A stretch of 64,000 bases of DNA from Vicinamibacterales bacterium (GCA_050247355.1 JBFWUK010000008.1:114358-178357); one strand, 5' to 3'; counted from the first letter of the stretch, positions 17,592-25,380 are shown. Program-made: numbers and translations. The notes: generated by a model not told the origin, from the letters alone.

Positions 17592-18122
17592 ATGTCTTTG
17601 AACTCCAGGACCTTCACTTTCCTGCTCGGAATTGCCGGGCTGGCGTTGCTGACCACGGTGGCCATTGCCGCGGCCACCTCCGCTGCGGCCGAGGGGCAGG
17701 CCGCCCGGTCACAGACCGCCAAACCGGCGGCCAGGCCTGCCGTGGTGCGCAAGACCGCGCCGCCGCTGCCCGCCATGGGGTTCGCGCCCGTGCGGCCCAT
17801 GGACGTCGTCCGCGCCACTTACGACTTCGCGGCGCAGCATCCCGAGATTCTGTCGTACGTGCCGTGCTACTGCGGCTGCGGCGCCGATGGCCACAAGCAC
17901 AACGAGTCGTGCTTCGTCGCCCGCCGTGACGCGCGGGGCAACGTGATCGAGTGGGACACGCACGGCTTCGGCTGCACCATCTGCATCGATGTCGCGCGCG
18001 AGGCCATGCAGATGTACTCGTCGGGCGCCGACGTCGTGTCGATTCGCGCCGCGATCGAGAAGAAGTGGACGCCCGGCAACGCCGCCGGCAAGACGCCCAC
18101 GCCGTTCCCACCAAAGAAGTAA
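17592..18122 (+). CDS. Secreted PCYCGC-motif protein (DUF family)
   Basis: 176 aa. Signal peptide, then the motif VPCYCGCGADGHKHNESCF. A second Cys cluster, HGFGCTICID. Confidence 0.6.
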   Translation: MSLNSRTFTFLLGIAGLALLTTVAIAAATSAAAEGQAARSQTAKPAARPAVVRKTAPPLPAMGFAPVRPMDVVRATYDFAAQHPEILSYVPCYCGCGADGHKHNESCFVARRDARGNVIEWDTHGFGCTICIDVAREAMQMYSSGADVVSIRAAIEKKWTPGNAAGKTPTPFPPKK

Positions 18123-18125
18123 CGG

Positions 18126-19712
18126 GTGGATGTGTTCCAGGCCGTTCGCGAGGGTGTCTATATCGGCACTCTCGAAGCGGCCAGCACTTCAACGATCTCC
18201 GCCAATCCCCACCTGAAGACGATCTTCGGCTACCCGCCGGAGACGGCCGAAACGCACGTCCAGCCGTTCGACAGTTCCCGTTTCGTCGATCCCGAGGCGC
18301 GCACATTGTTCGTCGAGCGTTTGGATCGTGAAGGCCGTGTGACCGACCTGCTGCTCCGGTTGCGCCGGGTCGATGGTGCGCCAATCTGGGTGGAGGTCAC
18401 GGCCAGCGCGTCCTACAGGCAGGGCCACCCGTCGCTGCCGTCCGGCGCGCAAGGCGCGAGCGGGCCGTCCGATCGCGCCGCCCTTCGCGTCGAGGCCCTG
18501 ATCCGGGACGTCAGCGAGCGCAGGAAGCTCGATGACCAGTCGCGCGACGGCCGCTACCAGTTGCTGCAAGCCGAGAAAATGGCCGCGCTCGGGCAGACCA
18601 TTTCCGGCGTCGCGCACGAGCTCAACAATCCTCTCGCCACCATCCTGTCGTGGGCGGAGCGGCTCGCCGAACGTAACGTGGACGACAAGACGCGGCAGGG
18701 ACTCGAGGTCATCCTCGCCGAATCCGAGCGTGCCGCCCGCATCGTCCGCAACCTGTTGACCTTCGCGCGCAAGCGCCAGACGACACGGGCGATGGTCGAC
18801 CTGAACCAGGTGGTGCGCGAGACCCTCGCCCTGCGGGCCTACGAGCAGAAGGTCAGCAACATCCAGGTGGTCGAGGCCCTGGCGCACGGTCTGCCGGAAG
18901 TGTTCGCCGATGGGCACCAGATCAAGCAGGTGCTGCTCAACCTGCTGATCAACGCCGAACAGGCGTGCATTGGCGCCAACGGCCGGGGCACCATCGTCGT
19001 GCGCACGGCGCATGATGCCGATCGCGGCTCCGCCGTGCTCGAGGTCAATGACGATGGTCCGGGGATTGCGGTCGAGAAGCAGGGCCGCGTCTTCGACCCG
19101 TTCTTCACGACGAAGGAAGTGGGCCACGGCACCGGCCTGGGCCTCACAGTCGCCTATGCCATCGTCCAGGAACACAGCGGGCGCATCTGGCTCGAGTCGA
19201 GTCCTGTCGCCAGCCCGAAGGGAGCCGCCGAAGGGCACGGCGCGAAAGCAGGCACGTCGTTCTTCGTCGAGCTGCCGGTCAGCGGGCAGCACTTGAACGC
19301 GCCGGCGGCGCGGGCGGCGCAACAGCCGATCTCGCTCGAGGCGTTCAAGGGGTTGCGGGTGCTGGTGGTCGAGGACGAACCGGCACTGGCGGTGGCGGTC
19401 GCCGAGGCGCTCGAGGATGCGGGGTTCACGGTCGATCGCGCCGGCGACGGCGAAGAGGGCCTGACCCGCCTCACCGAAGCCAGCTACGACCTGATCGTCT
19501 GCGACCTGAAGATGCCCCGGATTGACGGCATGCAGTTCTACCGCGCGATGGCCGCGGCCACGCCGGCGCTGGCGCGGCGCGTGATCTTCGTCACCGGTGA
19601 TGTCGCCGGCACCGATGCCGAGCGTTTTCTCGAAGAGACCGCCTGCCGCTGGCTGTCCAAGCCCTTCAGGTTGGGCGACTTGCTGCGCGCCGCCCGCGAC
19701 ACGTTGTCCTGA
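18126..19712 (+). CDS. Hybrid histidine kinase (PAS-HisKA-HATPase-REC)
   Basis: 528 aa. H-box VAHELNNPLATILSWAERL; N/G boxes LLINAEQA, DDGPGI, GTGLGLTVAY. C-terminal receiver VLVVEDEP...DLKMPRIDG...VTGD. GTG start 4 nt after the upstream stop. Confidence 0.85.
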   Translation: MDVFQAVREGVYIGTLEAASTSTISANPHLKTIFGYPPETAETHVQPFDSSRFVDPEARTLFVERLDREGRVTDLLLRLRRVDGAPIWVEVTASASYRQGHPSLPSGAQGASGPSDRAALRVEALIRDVSERRKLDDQSRDGRYQLLQAEKMAALGQTISGVAHELNNPLATILSWAERLAERNVDDKTRQGLEVILAESERAARIVRNLLTFARKRQTTRAMVDLNQVVRETLALRAYEQKVSNIQVVEALAHGLPEVFADGHQIKQVLLNLLINAEQACIGANGRGTIVVRTAHDADRGSAVLEVNDDGPGIAVEKQGRVFDPFFTTKEVGHGTGLGLTVAYAIVQEHSGRIWLESSPVASPKGAAEGHGAKAGTSFFVELPVSGQHLNAPAARAAQQPISLEAFKGLRVLVVEDEPALAVAVAEALEDAGFTVDRAGDGEEGLTRLTEASYDLIVCDLKMPRIDGMQFYRAMAAATPALARRVIFVTGDVAGTDAERFLEETACRWLSKPFRLGDLLRAARDTLS

Positions 19713-20719
19713 TCGACCACCAGCACCAGTCCCGCCCGCTTCTGAGCGGCGTGTGGTACCCGCGTATCCGATTCGGGCCCGCCGACGCTCGCCCGGATCT
19801 TCTCGGCGAGCTTCGGAGCGGTCGTGTCGTAGCGGCCGTCGGCCGCAGGGGCGGACAGCGACGCCTTGGCCATTTTGGGTTTCACGGCAGCAACCGGGTT
19901 TCCGGCTTCGAACGCGGCGAATGCCGCCTTCAGCGCCGCCGACGCCGCCATCGGCGTGATCTCGGCGCCGAGCGCGTCGCGCAGCCGCTTGATGGCGCGC
20001 GCGTGCAGCTGCGAGACCCGCGATTCGTTCACGCCCAGCTCCGCGCCAATGTCCTTCATGGTCACTTCGTTGTAGTAGTAGAGCGCGATGACGCGCTGTT
20101 CTCGGGGCGGCAACGTGGCAATGGCGTTGCGGACGCGCGACTTCACCTCGTCACGCTCGTATTGCAGATCGGGGCGCTCGGGCTCGGCCGGCACCATGAC
20201 GGCTGGCAGCTGCGATTCGTCGACGTTCTCGGCGCTCGAGAAGGGCGAGGTGGACTCAATGGTGTTGATGCGAACGATGGTCTTGCCCAGGCGCTTTTCG
20301 TCCGAGCCGATCTCTTCGGCCAGGTCGGCCAGCGACGGCTCGTGACCGAGAGAGGCGCGCAGCTTTTCCCTCGCGGCCTCCAGCTCGCGGCGCACCCGGC
20401 GCACGCCGCGCGGCCACGCGTCCTTGCGCAGGGCGTCGATCATGGCGCCGCGAATGCGCCGCTCGGCAAAGGTCTCGAACTTGATGCCGCGCGAGTCGTC
20501 GAAGCGGTGGGCCGCGTCGATCAGGCCGATGACCCCGTCCTGGACGAGGTCGCTCAAGTCGATGGAGTGCGGCATGGTCGCGGCCATGCGGCGGGCCAGC
20601 GCCTCGACAAAGGGAATGCCGGCTTCGACGCGCGGGTTGGCGCAGGGCGCCATCTTGTCGGCTGGCGCCACGACGAAGGTCGCCTCTGTCATTGCCGGTT
20701 CTTCGGTCATCGGGGTCAT
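19538..20719 (-). CDS. FliA/WhiG-type (group 3) sigma factor with ~140-aa C-terminal tail
   Basis: Region 2 DLVQDGVIGLIDAAHRFDDSRGIKFETFAERRIRGAMIDALRK. Region 4.2 MKDIGAELGVNESRVSQLHARAIKRLR. The ORF then continues with no stop until 19538, 175 nt into the convergent kinase gene. Confidence 0.8.
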   Translation of the reverse strand: MTPMTEEPAMTEATFVVAPADKMAPCANPRVEAGIPFVEALARRMAATMPHSIDLSDLVQDGVIGLIDAAHRFDDSRGIKFETFAERRIRGAMIDALRKDAWPRGVRRVRRELEAAREKLRASLGHEPSLADLAEEIGSDEKRLGKTIVRINTIESTSPFSSAENVDESQLPAVMVPAEPERPDLQYERDEVKSRVRNAIATLPPREQRVIALYYYNEVTMKDIGAELGVNESRVSQLHARAIKRLRDALGAEITPMAASAALKAAFAAFEAGNPVAAVKPKMAKASLSAPAADGRYDTTAPKLAEKIRASVGGPESDTRVPHAAQKRAGLVLVVDQDNVSRAARSKSPNLKGLDSQRQAVSSRKRSASVPATSPVTKITRRASAGVAAAIAR

Positions 20720-21010
20720 CTCAAGAATCTCCGTTGCCTGCCCTAAGGCAAAGGCGATGCCTGAGCTGTGTAACTATGGTCAAGAGCGTGCACGGCGGAC
20801 CTGAGATCAGAATAAGTGTCTTTGAAGTCAGCCACTTACACGGCTGTGCTCAGCCCTGCGCCGGGCCTGGAGCCGTCTTGTATTGCTGCGATCAACGCCA
20901 ATTATATGGCGGCTAAGCGAGTTTGTGAGTCAATAGTTTGGCGGCAGATATTTATTTTGCAGGTGGGATCACGGATCCGTAGCTGCGTCGGAGCCGGTTG
21001 AAATCGGGGG

Positions 21011-21041
21011 AAATAACTCCGGCAGGACGCCGGAGTTATTT
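21011..21041. terminator. Intrinsic terminator-like hairpin (symmetric)
   Basis: aaataactccggc-aggac-gccggagttattt: 13-bp stem whose A/T ends give T-runs on both strands. The stop codon of the 21036..21317 ORF lies within it. Confidence 0.6.
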
Positions 21042-21317
21042 GGGTTCTGCGACGGACTGGCGCAGTTCGCGCGAGACGGCCATCGCCTGGAGCGCGGCGC
21101 TCACCACCTGCGACGCGCGCGCCTTTTGCGCGGCGTCTTGTGCCTTGGTCTCCAACAACTCGGCGTGCGCGAGAATCACGCCGAGTTGATTATTCAGCCG
21201 ATGGAGGAGTTCGCGAGAATCTTCTCCTGCCATGTCCTGCCTTTGCCGTTGCATTTCTATCTGAGTAATCTGCGTCATCTGCGGCCCTGGTGGGGGGCCG
21301 GCGTTATCTGTGTTCAC
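21036..21317 (-). CDS. Stand-alone DHp (histidine-kinase dimerisation/phospho-acceptor) mini-protein
   Basis: LLHRLNNQLGVILAHAELLETKAQDAAQKARASQVVSAALQAMAVSRELRQ matches a HisKA H-box plus second helix. No ATPase domain. Start is ambiguous: GTG 21317 (GTGA-coupled), ATG 21278 or ATG 21254. Confidence 0.5.
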   Translation of the reverse strand: MNTDNAGPPPGPQMTQITQIEMQRQRQDMAGEDSRELLHRLNNQLGVILAHAELLETKAQDAAQKARASQVVSAALQAMAVSRELRQSVAEPK

Positions 21318-21577
21318 GCTACTGCGTTCGGGCTGTTCGGGTGCTTGGTGCCGTCCGGCTCACGCCACAGCGTGTCGACGAAGATCCGGATACTGCCGCC
21401 GGCGGTCCGCAGGTACTCGACCTTGTTGGCCGCGATCCAGTTGTAGATCGTGCGCCGGCTGACGCCGACCATCTCGCACGCCTTCATGATGCTTACTGTT
21501 TGCCGTTCCACGGGGTTAGCCTCCAAGGGTTGTATCGGAGGCTGCCACCGTGGGATTAGTCGTGCAGCCCTTGACAC
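21314..21577 (-). CDS. Excisionase/MerR-superfamily HTH DNA-binding protein
   Basis: MKACEMVGVSRRTIYNWIAANKVEYLRTAGGSIRIF is a typical helix-turn-helix_17 / Xis-like motif. N-terminal boundary uncertain. Confidence 0.6.
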   Translation of the reverse strand: MSRAARLIPRWQPPIQPLEANPVERQTVSIMKACEMVGVSRRTIYNWIAANKVEYLRTAGGSIRIFVDTLWREPDGTKHPNSPNAVA

Positions 21578-21610
21578 CCCCGTGCAACCCCGTCAAAATC
21601 CTGACAACCC

Positions 21611-23020
21611 ATGGCCCATCTGCTACTGGTAGACGACGAGGAATCGCTCAGAAGTGTTGTAGCAGAAAGACTTACCGACCAGGGCTTCGAGGTGGTCCAA
21701 GCCGCGGATGGCGAGTCCGCTGTGAAAGCGCTCGATGGGTTTGCCTTCGACGTCATCGTCTCCGATCTCCGCCTTCCGGGGGTCGACGGACGCCATGTCA
21801 TTGACGCCGCCCTCACCCGATACCCCGGCATCGTCGCCATCGTGGTCACCGGCTATGGCACGGTCAAGGACGCCGTCGACATCATCAAGCGCGGTGCTGC
21901 CGACTTCATCGCCAAGCCCTTCCAATTCGACGAGTTGATGCACGTGCTTACCAACGCGCTCGAGCAGAAGCGGTTGAAGAGCGAGAACGCGTACCTGCAT
22001 CAGCAACTGGACGAGCGCTTCGGTCTGGGATCGATGGTCGGCAGGAGCGCGCCAATGCGCGCGCTGTTCCAGTTGATCGAAACCGTGGCGCCGACGTCGG
22101 CGACCATCCTGATCAGCGGCGAGACCGGCACCGGCAAGGAGATGGTCGCGCGGGCGATTCACCAGACCAGCCCGCGGCAGCGCGAGCGGTTTGTCGCCAT
22201 CAACGTCAGCGCCATTCCCGAGACGTTGCTCGACGCAGAGCTGTTCGGCCACGCGCGCGGCGCCTTCACCGGGGCGGTGGCGATGCGCCAGGGGCGGCTC
22301 GAGCAGGCCGACAAGGGCACCTTGTTTCTCGACGAGGTGGGCACCATGCCCATGGCGCTGCAGATGAAAATGCTGCGGGTGCTGCAGGAGCGGGAGTTCG
22401 AGCGCATCGGCGACAACCGCACCATCAAGGTCGACGTGCGGATTGTCGCGGCGACCAACGCCGAGTTGTTGAAGATGGTGAAGGAGGGCACGTTCCGCGA
22501 AGACCTTTACTATCGCCTGAACGTGATTGCGGTACACCTCACGCCGCTGCGCGAGCGTCCCGAAGACATTCCACCCCTGGTGCAAAACTTCCTGCGGAAG
22601 TTTTCGGATCGGGAACCGGGAACCGGGAACCGGGAACCAGGCGGTTCACGACTCCCGATTCCCGACTCCCGACTCCCGACCGTCTCACAAGAAGCCATGC
22701 GCCGCTTGATGGCCCACCCGTGGCCGGGGAACGTCAGGCAGCTGGAGAACGCCATCGAGCGCGCCCTGGCGTTGCTGGGCGGCCGCAACCAGATCGAGCT
22801 TGCCGACCTGCCGCCCGACCTGCAGCCGGTGGAGCAGGACACGGCGGCGCCGTCGTTGGACCTGCCCGAGAAGGGTATCGACCTGCCGGCGCTGATCGCG
22901 CGGATTGAGAAGGACCTGATCGAGCGCGCCCTCACCCGCACGGCGCAAAATCGCGGCGCGGCGGCACGGTTGCTAGGCTTGAAGCGGACGACGCTCGTGG
23001 AGAAGCTGAAGCGAATGTAG
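21611..23020 (+). CDS. Sigma54-dependent response regulator (NtrC family: REC-AAA+-Fis HTH)
   Basis: 469 aa. Receiver LLVDDEES...VSDLRLPGVDG...VTGY. Walker A GETGTGKE, GAFTGA loop (ARGAFTGAV), WPGNVRQLEN. C-terminal HTH AARLLGLKRTTLVEKLKR. Confidence 0.92.
   Translation: MAHLLLVDDEESLRSVVAERLTDQGFEVVQAADGESAVKALDGFAFDVIVSDLRLPGVDGRHVIDAALTRYPGIVAIVVTGYGTVKDAVDIIKRGAADFIAKPFQFDELMHVLTNALEQKRLKSENAYLHQQLDERFGLGSMVGRSAPMRALFQLIETVAPTSATILISGETGTGKEMVARAIHQTSPRQRERFVAINVSAIPETLLDAELFGHARGAFTGAVAMRQGRLEQADKGTLFLDEVGTMPMALQMKMLRVLQEREFERIGDNRTIKVDVRIVAATNAELLKMVKEGTFREDLYYRLNVIAVHLTPLRERPEDIPPLVQNFLRKFSDREPGTGNREPGGSRLPIPDSRLPTVSQEAMRRLMAHPWPGNVRQLENAIERALALLGGRNQIELADLPPDLQPVEQDTAAPSLDLPEKGIDLPALIARIEKDLIERALTRTAQNRGAAARLLGLKRTTLVEKLKRM
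22610..22680 (+). repeat. Heptamer arrays inside the sigma54-activator CDS
   Basis: (CGGGAAC)x4, a 12-nt spacer, then GACTCCC GATTCCC GACTCCC GACTCCC. Translated as REPGTGNREPGGSRLPIPDSRLP. Confidence 0.9.
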
Positions 23021-23051
23021 CGGCGGCCTGAAGATGGAGAGCCGGTGCGCA

Positions 23052-23148
23052 CACGCAGCGAAGCAGTCGCCGCGAAAAAATTCGACGTGTAGAGCTCATG
23101 AAGCGCAAAGTGGGTACTCTTTTGTCGCGGCGGCTGCTTCGCTGCGTG
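23052..23148. repeat. Long inverted repeat (~29-bp arms, ~38-nt loop) between convergent genes
   Basis: Left arm cacgcagcgaagcagtcgccgcgaaaaaa (23052-23080). Right arm cttttgtcgcggcggctgcttcgctgcgtg (23119-23148). 2 mismatches. Confidence 0.85.
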
Positions 23149-23152
23149 ATGT

Positions 23153-23845
23153 TCATGTGCGCCTGATGGTCTGGTCCGTAAACACGGTCACATCCTTCGC
23201 CTGCTGCATCAGCAGGTCGAGCGGCGTCGTTCGCTGTGTTCTCGAGAGTGCCGCCTGCAGCACCGGCAGCTTGCGCGGGCCAACGGCAATCACCCAGACC
23301 TTCTTCGTTCGCGTCACGAACGGCAGCGATAGGGTCAGCCGCCGCGGCGGCGGCTTGGGGGCGTCTTCGACCGCGACCACGCGCAGGTCGTCGGCCATCA
23401 GCGCGCGGTGGCCGGGAAACAGCGAGCAGATGTGGCCGTCTTCGCCGACGCCAAGCAGGGCCAGGTCGAGTGCCGCGCTCTTGAGCTCGGTCGACAACGT
23501 GGTGTCGTATCTCATGGCCGCGGTTGTCAACTGCGGGAGGTCCGCAGGCATGCGGAAGGCGCGGGGAGCATTGGCGCCGAGCGGGGCCAGTAGCATCCGC
23601 TCAGCGATGCCGTAGTTGCTTTCGGGGTCGTCTGCGGGGACCGCGCGTTCATCGACCCAGAACAGCGAGATGCGGGACCAGTCGACGTTGGCGTTCTTGA
23701 GCGCACCCAGGAAGATCAGGGCGGTGCCGCCACCAGATAGGGCGCACGACCGCTGGGCGTCCCCCACATCTTCGGATGCCCAACGCTCGAACGACTCGGT
23801 GAGCCGTGCGCGCAGCTCGTCGATCCGGGCAACCACCAGCTCCAT
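23153..23845 (-). CDS. pgl: 6-phosphogluconolactonase
   Basis: 230 aa. ALSGGGT, FWVDERAVPADDPESNY and LGVGEDGHICSLFPGH motifs of the Pgl/NagB superfamily. Confidence 0.8.
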   Translation of the reverse strand: MELVVARIDELRARLTESFERWASEDVGDAQRSCALSGGGTALIFLGALKNANVDWSRISLFWVDERAVPADDPESNYGIAERMLLAPLGANAPRAFRMPADLPQLTTAAMRYDTTLSTELKSAALDLALLGVGEDGHICSLFPGHRALMADDLRVVAVEDAPKPPPRRLTLSLPFVTRTKKVWVIAVGPRKLPVLQAALSRTQRTTPLDLLMQQAKDVTVFTDQTIRRT

Positions 23846-23863
23846 TCCACGTTAGGATACTTT

Positions 23864-25039
23864 GTGCCGCCTAGATACGTGTATTGGACGATCATCGTCG
23901 ACGGCCAGCCGACCGCGTTCCGGTCCGGCTCACTCGAAGACATCATGCCCACCTTCAACCGCCTGAAGGAGAAGCAGCCCACGGCCGAGTTGAAGTGGTT
24001 TCAGAACGGCCAACTGTGGCCGTCGCGTCACGATGCGCAAGACTTCATGCGCGCGCGCGGTGAGCGCGGCCGCGCGAACGATCCACGCCAGTCCGAGCGC
24101 GAGGCCGACGCACCGGCTGGCAGGCCCGAGCGGGCCTGGAACGCCAAGCCCGAGTGGAAGACGCGGTCCACGTTCGCGGCGAGATCCGACAGGCCTCGGG
24201 TGAATCGCGACACTCCCGCCGGCGAGCGCCCGGCGTGGGTCCCGAAGGGCGACAAACCCTCCTTGGCTAAGGAGGGCAAACCCGAATGGAAGCCCAGGGG
24301 AGACAGCAAGCCCGCCTTCGCGCCCCGCTCAGCCGACGCGTCCACCTTCGCTAAAGCTCCGGCGGACAGGCCGGCGAGGCCGGCCGCCAGCAGGAGCGAC
24401 GAGCGGCCGGAGTGGAAGCCCAAGGGCACGTTCAAGCCGAAAGAGCCGGGTCACTCCTCTGGCTGGGGTGAGAAGCCCGCCTTCGCGCGACGACCCACCG
24501 GCTCGTCGGCGGGGCAAGCCCGTGACCGTGGCGACAAGGCCGCGTGGAAACCGAAGGGTGACACCGGCGGCAAGAGCGGTGAGCGGCCGGAGTGGAAGCC
24601 GAAGGGCACGTTCAAGCCACGGGAAGAGGGCCATCGCCCGACCGCGCGCGATCAGGCGCGCTCGTCGTTCAAACCCAAGGCCTACACCCCCAAGGTTGAT
24701 GATGGCCGCACCCGCAGCTCGCGCGTGCAAAGCCGCAACGACAAGCTCGAATGGCAACCCAAGGGTGCACCGTCGCGCGAGGATGGGCCAAACAGTGGGT
24801 TTCGCAGGGGCGGTTCGGACGCGCCTGCATCTGACGGCCCGAAACGCAAGTGGGTGCCAAAGGCCGAGTACAAGAAATCACTCGGCATCGAGGCCAAGCG
24901 CGACGACAAGTGGCGCCCTGGCGGTGAGCACAAGGACCCGAAGCAGAAATACAAGGATGCCAAGAAGGCGAAGTGGACCAAGTTCAAGGCGAACATCCGC
25001 GCCCGATCAGCCGGGCCGCGTAAGCCGAAGGACGAGTAG
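23864..25039 (+). CDS. Highly basic repeat protein (W-x-P-K-G repeats), unknown function
   Basis: 391 aa. Compact ~65-aa N-terminal domain (MPPRYVYWTIIVDGQPTAFRSG...), then a Lys/Arg/Pro/Gly-rich region with at least 7 W-x-P-[KR]-G motifs. A 38-nt DNA repeat recurs at 24401-24438 and 24581-24618 (180-nt period). GTG start. Confidence 0.6.
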   Translation: MPPRYVYWTIIVDGQPTAFRSGSLEDIMPTFNRLKEKQPTAELKWFQNGQLWPSRHDAQDFMRARGERGRANDPRQSEREADAPAGRPERAWNAKPEWKTRSTFAARSDRPRVNRDTPAGERPAWVPKGDKPSLAKEGKPEWKPRGDSKPAFAPRSADASTFAKAPADRPARPAASRSDERPEWKPKGTFKPKEPGHSSGWGEKPAFARRPTGSSAGQARDRGDKAAWKPKGDTGGKSGERPEWKPKGTFKPREEGHRPTARDQARSSFKPKAYTPKVDDGRTRSSRVQSRNDKLEWQPKGAPSREDGPNSGFRRGGSDAPASDGPKRKWVPKAEYKKSLGIEAKRDDKWRPGGEHKDPKQKYKDAKKAKWTKFKANIRARSAGPRKPKDE

Positions 25040-25380
25040 TGGTCGCACACGTCGTGCTGTTGCGCGTGAAGGCCTCGCTGTCAGAAGCGGAGCGCGAAGC
25101 GCTGCTCGAAGCCATGCGCCTGGCCTTCACCGGCATTTCCGAAATCCGGCGCGTGCGCATTGGCCGCCGTATCCGGATCGGGCGGGGCTACGAAGCACAA
25201 ATGGCCGAGCACTTCGAGTACTCGGCCATCATCGAGTTCGACAGCGAAGCGGACCTACGCGCCTACCTGGATCACCCGCAGCACCAGGAGCTAGGCCGGC
25301 GCTTCTTCGAGTCGGCCGACGCCGCGCTGGTGTACGACTACAGGTTCGTTGACGCCGAGCACGTGCGACAGTTGATCTGA
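25039..25380 (+). CDS. Dabb (stress-responsive alpha/beta barrel) domain protein
   Basis: 113 aa. VAHVVLLRVKASLSEAEREALLEAM...YLDHPQHQEL pattern. GTG start overlaps the upstream TAG by 1 nt. Confidence 0.75.
   Translation: MVAHVVLLRVKASLSEAEREALLEAMRLAFTGISEIRRVRIGRRIRIGRGYEAQMAEHFEYSAIIEFDSEADLRAYLDHPQHQELGRRFFESADAALVYDYRFVDAEHVRQLI

Noticed and set aside
20720-21010. About 290 nt of lower-GC non-coding sequence as a candidate sRNA, 6S or SRP RNA.
   Set aside because: I could not recognise any known RNA signature or convincing extended structure. It most likely holds the promoter region of the sigma factor gene. I leave it unannotated.
21314-21577. Excisionase-like HTH as evidence of a prophage or integrative element.
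   Set aside because: No integrase, att-like tRNA, phage or conjugation genes are nearby. The flanking genes are ordinary signalling genes. The Xis-type HTH fold is also used by stand-alone regulators.
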